In this document: piece by piece, positions 18,506-28,656 of the stretch
Layout of the letters: each line of letters begins with the position of its first letter
Position numbering within the stretch: the stretch's first letter is position 1
Assembly (NCBI GenBank): GCA_902597385.1
Contig: CACJXQ010000007.1
Span: 4,272-68,271, forward strand
Reading direction: 5' to 3'
Length of the DNA stretch: 64,000 bases
Source: an uncultured Pseudomonadota bacterium
GTDB lineage: Bacteria; Pseudomonadota; Gammaproteobacteria; Ga0077536
The notes under the pieces: generated by a model
Database searches by the model: none
The model's input: the letters and a program-made list of their open reading frames with translations, nothing else
Told to the model about the DNA's origin: nothing
Translations under genes and position numbers: made by a program

Positions 18506-19021
18506 ATGTTAGGAGTAATTAGTCTCGTTGGAAGCTATGTCCTAGTAGCATTGCTACTATTATCCTTAAATTTGTACTCTAATTGGGGTTGGAGAGTAAA
18601 AACAGGGGCAGTAACGCTAGTATCAATTTTCTATCTCTTAACCTACCTTTCGTTTCCACCCATTCTTGGTTGGCCAACGAAGGACAAAATCCCCGATGAT
18701 TTCAGATTAATTAGCGGTTATGTGCTAGAGCCAAACAAAAAGACGGGAGAGGATGGAAAGATATTCCTATGGCTAACAGATCTTTCGAAAAACCCAAAAG
18801 TAGCTAAGCCAAGAGCTTTCGTTTTGCCTTACTCCGACGAACTAAATCAAAAGGTAGCTTCTGCGTCCGATAAGCTAAAAAAAGGAAAACCCCAAATTGG
18901 AGAAGTACAAGAAAACAATAAGGAACTCTCTACCTCTTCCCAAGGTTTGTCTAAAAAACAGCCAAAAAGAATTGCTATAAACTTTTTTGATCTACCCGAC
19001 CCCTCGCTCCCATCAAAATAA
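18506..19021 (+). CDS. Hypothetical membrane protein (2 TM helices plus a Lys-rich soluble tail)
   Basis: 171 aa, starting 14 nt after the previous gene, with AAGGGA upstream as a possible ribosome-binding site. Two N-terminal hydrophobic helices. No family recognised. Confidence 0.5.
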   Translation: MLGVISLVGSYVLVALLLLSLNLYSNWGWRVKTGAVTLVSIFYLLTYLSFPPILGWPTKDKIPDDFRLISGYVLEPNKKTGEDGKIFLWLTDLSKNPKVAKPRAFVLPYSDELNQKVASASDKLKKGKPQIGEVQENNKELSTSSQGLSKKQPKRIAINFFDLPDPSLPSK

Positions 19022-19035
19022 AAGTGAGAATAAAT

Positions 19036-20394
19036 TTACAAGGGTCTTAAGTTATAGATCGAATTGTTCCATAGAAATCCAAGGTAGCGCTGGCCTGACC
19101 CGAATTTTCTGGCAAATTCTCTAGAAATACCCAGACCGGCCACGGCTATAAGTTCATCGCCATAATATATCAACGGGGTTAAACCTCTTTCCCAAGGAGG
19201 CACCCTCCATTCCTGGAATAATTTCTTAAGCTCGTTAGATTTATTCCGGTTGCTCGGCCAAAAACGCTCTCCACCCCGTCTAAACTTAATAGTAAATTTT
19301 CTATCTTCAAAAAAACGTTCGCTTATACCGAATTCTGCTGTTTCTCCAATACTTAGGCATCCCCATGGCAACCTAAATGATTCGATGGGATCCCATTCGA
19401 AAGTATCGTTGTTGACCAAGTTCTCTTGCGGACTTCCGATCAAATATATATATCCGTCGTATCGGCCTAACTCATGAGTTCCGATTTTTATTCTTGGATT
19501 TGCATCTGCTTTCGCCTCCATCATTTGGGTAATAATAGCCTCTAATTTTTTTTCTCTAGGCACCGGAAATCCAGAGTCTGTCAGAGCTTTACGTAGGATA
19601 TATGGGCGCAAAATATCTTTGCTACTGCTCAGTGCTTTGACAGAGAACTTCTTCGGCAAAAAGCGCTCCTCAGCCAAACAAGAATCGGCCATGTGATCCA
19701 ATATGTCACAGAGTTCTGTTTGAATCTTGGCGAGTTTCTCCAGTCGCGACTCTACTTTCGTAGAAAACGACTTTAAACTAGGTATTACAAAATTCCTAAT
19801 TCTCGTTCGCTCATATCTCAACTCATAATTCATCGGGTCTTCATACCAAACCAATTTTCTCTCTATAGCGAACGAGGTTATCTCATCCCGAGAAACTTCC
19901 AAAAGTGGTCTCCCTATATATCCAGGATTCAACTTTCTTAGAGGTACAATCCCACGTAACCCGTAAGGGCCCGCTCCTTGCGTTACTCTCTGAACAACAG
20001 TCTCAACATTATCGTTGTAATGATGAGCGGTCAATACAAGACTTTTAGAATTTATATCGCCACGAATAATTCTATAGCGTTCATTCCTGGCCCATTCTTC
20101 AACGCTTTGACCCTTAGGCGGCCCTGTGTCGAGCTCGTAAACTTTTAGGTTTACACCCTTCACCTTCGCCAAGCGAGCACACTTTTCGGCCTGAGCATTG
20201 CTATTAGAATTTAGCCTATGATCAATGTGCACAGCCCTTAAACTAGAACCTAATTCATCTTTTATCCCGACCAACAATTCAAGCAGCACAGTTGAGTCTC
20301 GCCCGCCACTAAATAACAGGACCAGTTCTCGAGCCCTTGACCGTGCCAAAAATGTGCTCAGCGCCGTCTTGACGCTATGGTGTATATCACTCAA
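19036..20394 (-). CDS. tilS: tRNA(Ile)-lysidine synthase
   Basis: 452 aa. It has the PP-loop LLFSGGRDSTVLL and sits in the conserved accA-tilS context. Confidence 0.92.
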   Translation of the reverse strand: MSDIHHSVKTALSTFLARSRARELVLLFSGGRDSTVLLELLVGIKDELGSSLRAVHIDHRLNSNSNAQAEKCARLAKVKGVNLKVYELDTGPPKGQSVEEWARNERYRIIRGDINSKSLVLTAHHYNDNVETVVQRVTQGAGPYGLRGIVPLRKLNPGYIGRPLLEVSRDEITSFAIERKLVWYEDPMNYELRYERTRIRNFVIPSLKSFSTKVESRLEKLAKIQTELCDILDHMADSCLAEERFLPKKFSVKALSSSKDILRPYILRKALTDSGFPVPREKKLEAIITQMMEAKADANPRIKIGTHELGRYDGYIYLIGSPQENLVNNDTFEWDPIESFRLPWGCLSIGETAEFGISERFFEDRKFTIKFRRGGERFWPSNRNKSNELKKLFQEWRVPPWERGLTPLIYYGDELIAVAGLGISREFARKFGSGQRYLGFLWNNSIYNLRPL

Positions 20395-20434
20395 TTGGAT
20401 TTAAAGATATCTTTAGCCACGAGTCATCACGCTT

Positions 20435-21442
20435 TTAATCTTCCGAGAATTCTCCGATAGCAGAAAATTTCTTTCTTCTTCTATCAATCAAATCTTTCTT
20501 CTCCACAGAACGCAACTCATCGAAAGCAGATAAAATCGCCTTCTTCAAATTCTCGGCAGAAACTTCTACATTTCTATGAGAACCGCCAAGAGGTTCCTCT
20601 ACGATAGTGTCTACAATCCCTAATTTAAAAAGATGATCGGCTGTTATGTGCATTGCTTTAGCTGCATCACTCGCGGCAGTGGCACTTTTCCACAGTATAG
20701 AGGCACAACCTTCTGGTGATATGACGGAATACGTGGAATATTGCTTCATAAGAATTTTATCACCCATCCCAATAGCGAGCGCGCCACCAGAACCACCTTC
20801 CCCTATAACCACTGACACTATTGGTACCCGCAGGCTGGACATCGTTCTAAGGTTGGTAGCGATGGCCTCACTCTGCCCTCGCTCTTCGGCACCAATTCCT
20901 GGATATGCTCCTGGGGTATCAATAAAAGTCAGTAGAGGGAGCTTAAATTGTTCTGCCATCCTCATCGCTCTGAGTGCTTTTCGGTACCCTTCTGGTTTAG
21001 GCATGCCAAAGTTTCGCGCCAAGTTCTCTTTAGTACCTCGCCCTTTTTGATGACCAATAAAAACTAGATTTCTAGACTCAATAGTGCCTAACCCACAGAT
21101 AATTGCGGAGTCTTCGGCAAACGCTCTATCACCGTGAAACTCAACAAATTCTTCAAAAATCAACTTAACGTAATCCATCGAGTAAGGTCGCTTGGGGTGA
21201 CGGGCTATTTTCGAAATCTGCCACGAGTTCATTGACGAAAATATTTCCCTAGTAAGATCATCAGACTTTTTTCGTAGATTATCTATTTCCGACGCCAAAG
21301 CTAAATCGCTATTGCCCTCAACGAGACATAGCTCTTCAATCTTGGCCTCTAGATCCATGATTGGCAGCTCGAAATCCACAAAATCCAAGTTGGGACGGGC
21401 ATCACCGTATTCGGTCGCTTTATTAATTGATTCGCCGTCCAT
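20435..21442 (-). CDS. accA: Acetyl-CoA carboxylase carboxyltransferase alpha subunit
   Basis: 335 aa. ARHPKRPY, FIDTPGAYPGIGAEERGQ and VIGEGGSGGALA match AccA. Confidence 0.96.
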   Translation of the reverse strand: MDGESINKATEYGDARPNLDFVDFELPIMDLEAKIEELCLVEGNSDLALASEIDNLRKKSDDLTREIFSSMNSWQISKIARHPKRPYSMDYVKLIFEEFVEFHGDRAFAEDSAIICGLGTIESRNLVFIGHQKGRGTKENLARNFGMPKPEGYRKALRAMRMAEQFKLPLLTFIDTPGAYPGIGAEERGQSEAIATNLRTMSSLRVPIVSVVIGEGGSGGALAIGMGDKILMKQYSTYSVISPEGCASILWKSATAASDAAKAMHITADHLFKLGIVDTIVEEPLGGSHRNVEVSAENLKKAILSAFDELRSVEKKDLIDRRRKKFSAIGEFSED

Positions 21443-21451
21443 TATTTTCTC

Positions 21452-24400
21452 CTATACTATCTCACCGTACTGAATTACGATTTTATCCTGCGAAAACAGT
21501 CTATTCAAACGCTCTATAAGATAAGTGGACACTTTAATCTTCCACTTTCCATCAAGCCTAAACATTGCCGTAGAATGTTCTGATACACAAGCTAAGCAGA
21601 TTTCAGTATGGCCTCGGTCGGAACTTCTTAGTGTTTGTTCTAAATATCTAACGAGATCTTCAGTAATTTTCTCTTCCTCAATTTCCAATATGATCTGACG
21701 GGCATATCGCTCTCTTAACGTATCTAGGGAATCCACCGAATCGACTTGCATACTAACACGGCCAGTGTACCTGTCCGTGGAACAACGGCCCGAGAAAACA
21801 GCTATTTTATCGGGAATCAACAAATCAACATGTGTTTGAAAGACCTTACTGTCTAGCACAAAATCAGCAAATCCCGTTTTATCATCTACTGTCACAATCG
21901 CTATCTCTCCCCTCCTCGTGTTTACTGTTCTCAGTCCTACTATCAAACCGGCAATCCTGGCTTTTCCTACACGCATTCCTGCTATCGATCCCCTCGCGAG
22001 AACTTTTATGTCGCAACAATAGCTATCAATTGGATGCCCCGTTAAATAAAGCCCGAGAGATTCTTTTTCCCAAGCTAGTAATTCATCAGATGAAAAACCG
22101 TTCTCTGAGCTAGGTAGGTTTTTAATCTCGTCAAGAGGAGTCGAATCTAAATTATCGGCTTGCTCAAGCCCAAAAAGATCAGTTTGGCCAATCTCTTTGG
22201 CTAACCTATCTTGCTCAGCCAACTGCAATACTAACTCGATCCGACGGAAACAATCCTTGCGATTTTCTTCCAGAGAATCGAAGCTACCAGCTTTAATCAA
22301 AAGTTCCAGGCTCTTTTTATTTAAACGTGGTTCCTGCACTCTCTTACAAAGATCAATCATAGAACTATAATCGCCTCCCGAAGATCTTTCTCGCAAAATG
22401 CCATCAACTATGTTGGAACCTAATCCTTTTATCGCACCCAATCCGTACCGAATTTTCTTTTCCTCAAAGGCTAAAAATCGATATTCACTTTTATTAATAT
22501 CTGGTTTGAGGATTTCTATTGCTAGGGTCCTACATTCCTGAATCATATTAACAATTTTGTCGGTGTTATCCATGTCTGCAGAGAGCACGGCCGCCATAAA
22601 AGGGCCGGGATATTTAGTTTTCAACCATGCTGTTTGATACGCTACCAGCGCGTAGGCAGCAGAATGTGATTTATTGAACCCATAGCCCGCAAATTTCTCT
22701 ATTAAATTGAAAATAAGATCTGCTTTAGGGCTCTGCACCCCCTTTTTTTCGGCCCCTTTCAGAAATGCTTCTCGCTGCGTAGCCATTTCTTCTGGTTTTT
22801 TCTTTCCCATCGCACGTCTGAGGATATCTGCAGAGCCAAGCGTGAAGCCTGCCATTGACTTAGCAATTTCCATCACTTGCTCTTGATACAGAATTACACC
22901 GTATGTTGGTCTTAATGCCTCTTCCAGAAGTGGATGCGGATATTTCGCAGTACCACCGTGTTTTACCGAGATAAAATCGTCGACCATTCCTGACTCAAGT
23001 GGACCTGGTCGGAATAGCGCCACCAAAGCGATAAGGTCATCAAACTTATCAGGTTTAAGTCTTAGTATAAGCTCTCTCATGCCTCTCGACTCTAACTGAA
23101 AAATCGCTATAGTTTTACCTTTTTGGATCTCCTTAAAGGTCTCTGAATCATCTAAAGGTATAGTGCCTATATCTACTTTAGTTAGTGACTTTTTCAGTCT
23201 CAACGAGTTAACTGACTTTAATGCCCACTCTATAATTGTCAAAGTTTTTAAACCCAAAAGGTCGAATTTTACAAGTCCGATTGATTCCACGTCCCCCATA
23301 TCAAACTGAGTCACCATTCCATCGCCATCTTTGTCTCCGTATAATGGAGTATATTTGGTAAGTCGCGAAGGTGCGATTACTAAGCCGCCAGCGTGTGTTC
23401 CAGCATTTCTGGATAATCCCTCGAGCTTAAGTGCTAGGTCGACGATCGTGCGAGTGTCCTCATCTAATTGATATCTTTTTGATAAATCACTTTTAGGATC
23501 ATCCATTATAGTTGGAAGGGTAATACCCACTTCGGCAGGAATTAGTTTAGCCAATTCATCCACTTGTGGATAAGGGTAGCCAAGAATTCTGCCGACATCT
23601 CTTATCACAGCCTTGGCAGCCATTTTTCCGAAAGTGATGATCTGCGCTACCTTCTCTTTACCGTAACGTTGTGCTACATAGTCTATTACTTCATCTCTTC
23701 GATCCATACAGAAATCGACATCAAAATCTGGCATTGAAACTCTTTCTGGATTAAGAAATCGTTCAAACAAAAGATCATACTTTATTGGATCTAACTCCGT
23801 TATCCCGAGACAATACGCTACTAACGAACCAGCACCTGACCCGCGGCCAGGTCCGACCGGTATACCTTTATCTTTAGCCCACTTTATAAAATCTGCCACG
23901 ATCAAAAAATAGCCTGCAAAGCCCATTTCGGTTATGACACTTAGTTCCTCTTCTAAGCGCTTCACATAGATTTCTTCATCAAACCCTATTGTCGTCCCAA
24001 CCAAACTGCTGAGTCGCCCCTTTAGTCCTGCTTTGGCTTGTGCAGATACTACCACTTCCTCATTAGAACCCTCTTGCACTGGAAATTTCGGCATTAAATA
24101 GCTTTCTTGATCAAACGCGATATTGCATTTTACGGCAATGTTTACGGAATTTTGTAAGGCGCTTGGCACGTCGGAAAACAACTCTATCATTTGGTCTTCC
24201 GTTTTCAAATATTGACTGTCGTAGTATTGCCTATTTCTCGCTGGATCACTTAGCAGTCTTGATTCCTGAATACAAACTCTAGCGTCATGAGCATCAAATT
24301 CATGTTGATCAAGAAATCGCACATGATTCGTGGCTACCAAGCCTATTTGAAGACCAACTAAATCACTAACAACCCTTATGTAGTCTTCTTCTAATGGCGC

Positions 24401-24922
24401 TCCAAGCCTACTGACTTGACAAAAATAGTTGCTATCAAACAGATCGTTCCAATTATTTAAGCGGACCTTCGCTTCATCGTAATTTCCCAAGGCAATCAAC
24501 TTACCAATATCCCCTCCCACATCACCAGAAAGTGCTATCAAACCATCCAATCGACTATCAAAAAACTGCCTCTCTGGAAACCCTCCTTTTTCAGAGTTTT
24601 GATCAACCTGATGCAAATCTGACAACACTGCGCATAGGTTCTCAAAGCCTATTTTATTTTGACAAAGTAAAACTACTTTATAACATCCGATCTTCTTGTT
24701 TTCAGATACTATGTCTATTTCAGAACCAAGTATTGGTTTTACTCCAGCCGTCTCAGCAGATCTCACAAACTTCGCAGCTGCAAACAAGTTATTACTGTCT
24801 GTCAAGCCCACAGCGCCCGCAGAGCCTCTCTTACACTTTTCTAGAAGACGAGGGATACGAATCAAGCTATCTATCAACGAGAATTCACTGTGTACATTAA
24901 GGTGAACGAACTTAGGATGCAT
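21452..24922 (-). CDS. dnaE: DNA polymerase III alpha subunit
   Basis: 1156 aa. The PHP N-terminus reads FVHLNVHSEFSLIDS. Also present are GPGRGSGAGSLVAYCLGIT, PDFDVDF and FNKSHSAAYA. Confidence 0.97.
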   Translation of the reverse strand: MHPKFVHLNVHSEFSLIDSLIRIPRLLEKCKRGSAGAVGLTDSNNLFAAAKFVRSAETAGVKPILGSEIDIVSENKKIGCYKVVLLCQNKIGFENLCAVLSDLHQVDQNSEKGGFPERQFFDSRLDGLIALSGDVGGDIGKLIALGNYDEAKVRLNNWNDLFDSNYFCQVSRLGAPLEEDYIRVVSDLVGLQIGLVATNHVRFLDQHEFDAHDARVCIQESRLLSDPARNRQYYDSQYLKTEDQMIELFSDVPSALQNSVNIAVKCNIAFDQESYLMPKFPVQEGSNEEVVVSAQAKAGLKGRLSSLVGTTIGFDEEIYVKRLEEELSVITEMGFAGYFLIVADFIKWAKDKGIPVGPGRGSGAGSLVAYCLGITELDPIKYDLLFERFLNPERVSMPDFDVDFCMDRRDEVIDYVAQRYGKEKVAQIITFGKMAAKAVIRDVGRILGYPYPQVDELAKLIPAEVGITLPTIMDDPKSDLSKRYQLDEDTRTIVDLALKLEGLSRNAGTHAGGLVIAPSRLTKYTPLYGDKDGDGMVTQFDMGDVESIGLVKFDLLGLKTLTIIEWALKSVNSLRLKKSLTKVDIGTIPLDDSETFKEIQKGKTIAIFQLESRGMRELILRLKPDKFDDLIALVALFRPGPLESGMVDDFISVKHGGTAKYPHPLLEEALRPTYGVILYQEQVMEIAKSMAGFTLGSADILRRAMGKKKPEEMATQREAFLKGAEKKGVQSPKADLIFNLIEKFAGYGFNKSHSAAYALVAYQTAWLKTKYPGPFMAAVLSADMDNTDKIVNMIQECRTLAIEILKPDINKSEYRFLAFEEKKIRYGLGAIKGLGSNIVDGILRERSSGGDYSSMIDLCKRVQEPRLNKKSLELLIKAGSFDSLEENRKDCFRRIELVLQLAEQDRLAKEIGQTDLFGLEQADNLDSTPLDEIKNLPSSENGFSSDELLAWEKESLGLYLTGHPIDSYCCDIKVLARGSIAGMRVGKARIAGLIVGLRTVNTRRGEIAIVTVDDKTGFADFVLDSKVFQTHVDLLIPDKIAVFSGRCSTDRYTGRVSMQVDSVDSLDTLRERYARQIILEIEEEKITEDLVRYLEQTLRSSDRGHTEICLACVSEHSTAMFRLDGKWKIKVSTYLIERLNRLFSQDKIVIQYGEIV

Positions 24923-25524
24923 TAGCCCTCAACCCCCAAGGAGAGTCCTCTAACAGGCTCAAAAGTCCTCCTGTGAAACTTTAGAATACCATGCTCTTTA
25001 ATTGCTATTTTATGTTTTTTAGTTGGATAACCTTTATGCTCCATCAAACCGTAGATAGGAAACCGTCTACCAAGCCTGACCATTAAATAATCCCTAAAGA
25101 CTTTAGCCACTATTGACGCGGCACTTATCGGTTGGATTCTTTCATCGCCCTTAGCAATTGCTCTGATCGGACCATTAAAGTCTGGCAAAAATATACCATC
25201 GACCAAGACTTGTAGGGGCACCCTACTGAGGCGCTCTATTGCTCTTTTCATTGCTAACAAAGAGGCAAAATGAACATTCAATTTCTCTATCTCACGAGGA
25301 GAGGCTGTACCTATTCCAATATCCGCTCCTGACGCTTTCAATGCTCTGTAAAGCTGACGACGTTTGTTTGATGATATCTTTTTGGAGTCTTTGAAAATCG
25401 GCTCCTGATGCCTTGGCAGAATAACAGCTGCCGCCACAATAGGCCCAGCAATAGCGCCTCGCCCTACCTCATCAACGCCTGCAATACCATCAAAGTTATT
25501 GTAATTTAATGATTGGGCGTTCAT
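24922..25524 (-). CDS. rnhB: Ribonuclease HII
   Basis: 200 aa. GVDEVGRGAIAGPIVAAAV and DSKK match RNase HII. Its stop overlaps the dnaE start by 1 nt. Confidence 0.95.
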   Translation of the reverse strand: MNAQSLNYNNFDGIAGVDEVGRGAIAGPIVAAAVILPRHQEPIFKDSKKISSNKRRQLYRALKASGADIGIGTASPREIEKLNVHFASLLAMKRAIERLSRVPLQVLVDGIFLPDFNGPIRAIAKGDERIQPISAASIVAKVFRDYLMVRLGRRFPIYGLMEHKGYPTKKHKIAIKEHGILKFHRRTFEPVRGLSLGVEG

Positions 25525-26654
25525 ATTTCAGTTCTTTGCAATAGAATTTGAGCAACCTTTTTTGAACCGTTTTGTTGCAATCTACGCTGAATTAAATCAG
25601 CCTTCAAAAGAAAAATGTTCTTTCTCTGAGTGTCGATTAACCAATTTAATGCTTCTCCCGCCAGATACTTAGGCTGAACCGCCCCTTGCACTAACTCAGG
25701 TATTAACTTCATATCAGTCAAAATATTTGGCAACGAGATATATTTGGTCTTTACTAAGAGCTTCAAGATTCCATAATTTATTTTTGAAGTTTTGTATGCA
25801 ACAACAACCGGTGTCTTACACAACATGCTCTCCAGCGCTATAGTCCCTGAAACTACAATCGCAACATCCGCTCTGGTTAAAACCTGGTGGCTGTTACCTA
25901 CTACAATTTCACAATCGTTATCCCCCATCAAGGAGCGCACTAAATGCTCTTTATCGCTTGAGGAGCAGCCAACCAGTAATTTCACACTCTGTCCAAGTGC
26001 CTTTCTTAACTCTACACCAGCCTTCAAAAAAGGATCTAAATGTCTTTCTATCTCAGCAGGCCGGCTACCAGGCATAATTGCGACTACTACGCCGGTCCCT
26101 TTCGGCATAATTGACCTCCTATATGCATCATGTCCCAATTGGTATTGCTTGATAGATTCTGCAAGTGGGTGTCCAACAAACATGGTCTCTATCCCCCTTC
26201 GCTGAAAAAACTTCTCTTCAAAAGGAAATAAAGCAAACATCATATCGACTGATCGCCTAATACTCTTTACTCGCCCTTCTCTCCATGCCCAAGCCTGCGG
26301 ACAGACGTATTGCGCTGTAAAAACACCTAGCTTACGCAGGCGTCTACTTATCGGAAGATTGAAATCCGGACCATCAATACCAATAAAGACATCTATCCCT
26401 TGATCCAGTAACGACTTGATTATTCGCTTTTGCAATCGCCTTAATCTGGGATAGTTCACTAGAACGTCAACAAACCCCATAACCGAGAGCTCCTCGATGT
26501 TCCCTATTTCGTGGCAACCAGCGGCCCTCATCCTAGCTCCACATACTCCAATCAAATTCAGATTAGGATTTTCTCGAAATAAAGCGCGAGCCAATTCAGC
26601 TCCTATTAGATCACCAGAGTGCTCCGTTGCTACAATCGCGATGGTTTTCAACAC
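25521..26654 (-). CDS. lpxB: Lipid-A-disaccharide synthase
   Basis: 377 aa. IVATEHSGDLIGAEL resembles the LpxB N-terminus. It sits in the conserved lpxA-lpxB-rnhB order. Confidence 0.93.
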   Translation of the reverse strand: MLKTIAIVATEHSGDLIGAELARALFRENPNLNLIGVCGARMRAAGCHEIGNIEELSVMGFVDVLVNYPRLRRLQKRIIKSLLDQGIDVFIGIDGPDFNLPISRRLRKLGVFTAQYVCPQAWAWREGRVKSIRRSVDMMFALFPFEEKFFQRRGIETMFVGHPLAESIKQYQLGHDAYRRSIMPKGTGVVVAIMPGSRPAEIERHLDPFLKAGVELRKALGQSVKLLVGCSSSDKEHLVRSLMGDNDCEIVVGNSHQVLTRADVAIVVSGTIALESMLCKTPVVVAYKTSKINYGILKLLVKTKYISLPNILTDMKLIPELVQGAVQPKYLAGEALNWLIDTQRKNIFLLKADLIQRRLQQNGSKKVAQILLQRTEI

Positions 26655-26725
26655 GATACTCCTGAAGGACCGGACATGATGAGTTCTTTAAAAAATCCTA
26701 ATTACAAAAATCCGTGAGAAAGTAA

Positions 26726-27502
26726 TTATCTAACTATCCCTCGCTCACTTTCTATAATAAATTCAAGAAATTTTTGTACCAAACTGGAATTATCCTCACT
26801 TGCTTCAATTTTCTTTATGGCAGTTTCTAGAGTATTCCCCTGAAGATACAGCACTCGGTAACATCGTCTCAAGGCATTAATAGTCTCCTGCGGGAATCCT
26901 CTTCTTTGTAGACCTATTCTATTGATACAGCGCGGCTTAGCCGCATTCCCCTTCACAATAACATATGGAGGAACGTCTTTTTTAATAACTGCAGATATTG
27001 CTGAGAAACACCCCTCACCAAGTTGACAAAATTGATGTATACCTGTGAATCCTCCTAAAGTTACGAAATTACCAACAACAACATGTCCCGCTAAGGTGGT
27101 GTTATTCGCAAAAACAGTGCTATTGCCAACCTGACAGTCATGAGCTACGTGGCAATAGGCCATTATCCAATTATCGTTGCCTATCCTTGTCACACCCCCA
27201 CCAGCTTTTGTTCCTCTATTTACGCTACAGTATTCACGAATAACATTCCTATCACCTATGTCTAATCTCGAGGCTACATCGGCTTCAAATTTTTTGTCTT
27301 GGGGATCGCTACCTAAAATTGAAAAAGAATGAATCTCGTTCTTTTTACCAATTACAGTAGGCCCATGTATGAGGCAATGAGAACCTACGACAGTGCCCTC
27401 TCCAATGGTCACATCTTCGCTTATCTGACTCCATGGCCCTACTACAACATCCTTAGCTAGTCTTGCGTTGGGATGAACGATGGATAGTGGATGAACAGAC
27501 AT
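26726..27502 (-). CDS. lpxA: UDP-N-acetylglucosamine O-acyltransferase
   Basis: 258 aa with hexapeptide repeats throughout. The N-terminal IHPLSIVHPNARL and C-terminal helical domain fit LpxA. Synteny supports the call. Confidence 0.94.
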   Translation of the reverse strand: MSVHPLSIVHPNARLAKDVVVGPWSQISEDVTIGEGTVVGSHCLIHGPTVIGKKNEIHSFSILGSDPQDKKFEADVASRLDIGDRNVIREYCSVNRGTKAGGGVTRIGNDNWIMAYCHVAHDCQVGNSTVFANNTTLAGHVVVGNFVTLGGFTGIHQFCQLGEGCFSAISAVIKKDVPPYVIVKGNAAKPRCINRIGLQRRGFPQETINALRRCYRVLYLQGNTLETAIKKIEASEDNSSLVQKFLEFIIESERGIVR

Positions 27503-27942
27503 TACTTATTCCTGCCCGTCGTTAAAATTTCTGCAGTCGCAACTTCTTCCCCAGCAACAGACGCCACCCCTGAAAATTTATACACATCTCGAATCTTCCT
27601 AACCATCGTCACTTCTAACGTCAACATATCACCCGGTACGACTATTCGTTTGAATCGGGCATTATTTACCCCCAAAAGATAGTAGACCCCATCCTTTTTT
27701 GGATTGTTTTCAGACAATGAGATTAGGATACCCGTTGCTTGCGCCAAAGATTCGATTATAAGGACTCCAGGCATAATTGGTTGCCCTGGAAAGTGGCCTT
27801 CAAAGTAATTTTCGCTAGCAGTTACGTTCTTTACTGCTACCAAATTAGAGTTAGCTACATAGCTCTCGACCCTGTCGACCAAAAGAAATGGATACCTGTG
27901 TGGCAGATGCTCCATGATTTTCTCGATCCCTAAGGCACTCAT
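27502..27942 (-). CDS. fabZ: 3-hydroxyacyl-ACP dehydratase FabZ
   Basis: 146 aa. LPHRYPFLLVDRV and FEGHFPGQPIMPGVLIIE match FabZ. Confidence 0.96.
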   Translation of the reverse strand: MSALGIEKIMEHLPHRYPFLLVDRVESYVANSNLVAVKNVTASENYFEGHFPGQPIMPGVLIIESLAQATGILISLSENNPKKDGVYYLLGVNNARFKRIVVPGDMLTLEVTMVRKIRDVYKFSGVASVAGEEVATAEILTTGRNK

Positions 27943-28021
27943 CTTTTTTCCCGCTCGCTTAACTACCAGTTCTTGGTAATACCTTTATGGCCTCCGTGAA
28001 CTTGGGCAAAGGTACTAGAAA

Positions 28022-28555
28022 TTAATTTGCCGCTTTTTTCATTCTCTCGACTATTGCCCCAGTCAAGTCGACCCTGTCTGAAAAATAAACTGCAGAGTTT
28101 ACTAACACAAAATCAAATGCATTTTCTTTAGCGTAGTCTCTAACATTAGCGGCAATCTTTTTCTGAATAGCCTGCATCTCTTCGTTACGTCGAAAGTTCA
28201 AGTCTTCTTGAAACTCCTCTGCCTTTCTCTTTAAGTCTCGCTGTTTAGTTTGGATATCTCTCTCTACTCGGCTCCTTTCAGAATCACTCATGATAGCGCC
28301 GTCCTTCTTCAATCTGTCGGCTAATTCCTCCAGGGCTTTATTATCCTTACCTATATCACGATCTCTTGACCCAAATTCTTTTTCAAGCTTCTTGGTCGCC
28401 GCTTCAGTTTGCGGGATGCTCGTCAACACTTTTTGGACGTTCACGACACCAATTTTATAATCTGCAGCCTCGGCAGCCACAACCACTAAAATCATCGCTA
28501 TTCCAGTCAAGACAACGAAGAATTTACTTTTTTGAGCCTTCATAACTTTTCCCAA
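28022..28555 (-). CDS. skp: Periplasmic chaperone Skp (OmpH)
   Basis: 177 aa with a signal peptide, IGVVNVQKV and a long charged coiled-coil. It lies directly downstream of bamA. The start may instead be the second Met, 4 codons in. Confidence 0.88.
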   Translation of the reverse strand: MGKVMKAQKSKFFVVLTGIAMILVVVAAEAADYKIGVVNVQKVLTSIPQTEAATKKLEKEFGSRDRDIGKDNKALEELADRLKKDGAIMSDSERSRVERDIQTKQRDLKRKAEEFQEDLNFRRNEEMQAIQKKIAANVRDYAKENAFDFVLVNSAVYFSDRVDLTGAIVERMKKAAN

Positions 28556-28656
28556 CCTCGCTTTCTAAAATTTTCACAAATTAAGCCAATCCCGCCGCTC
28601 ACACTTTATAGTAATTTGACCAAATAATGAAGCAGTGTCGCCGACAGGGTTGATAA

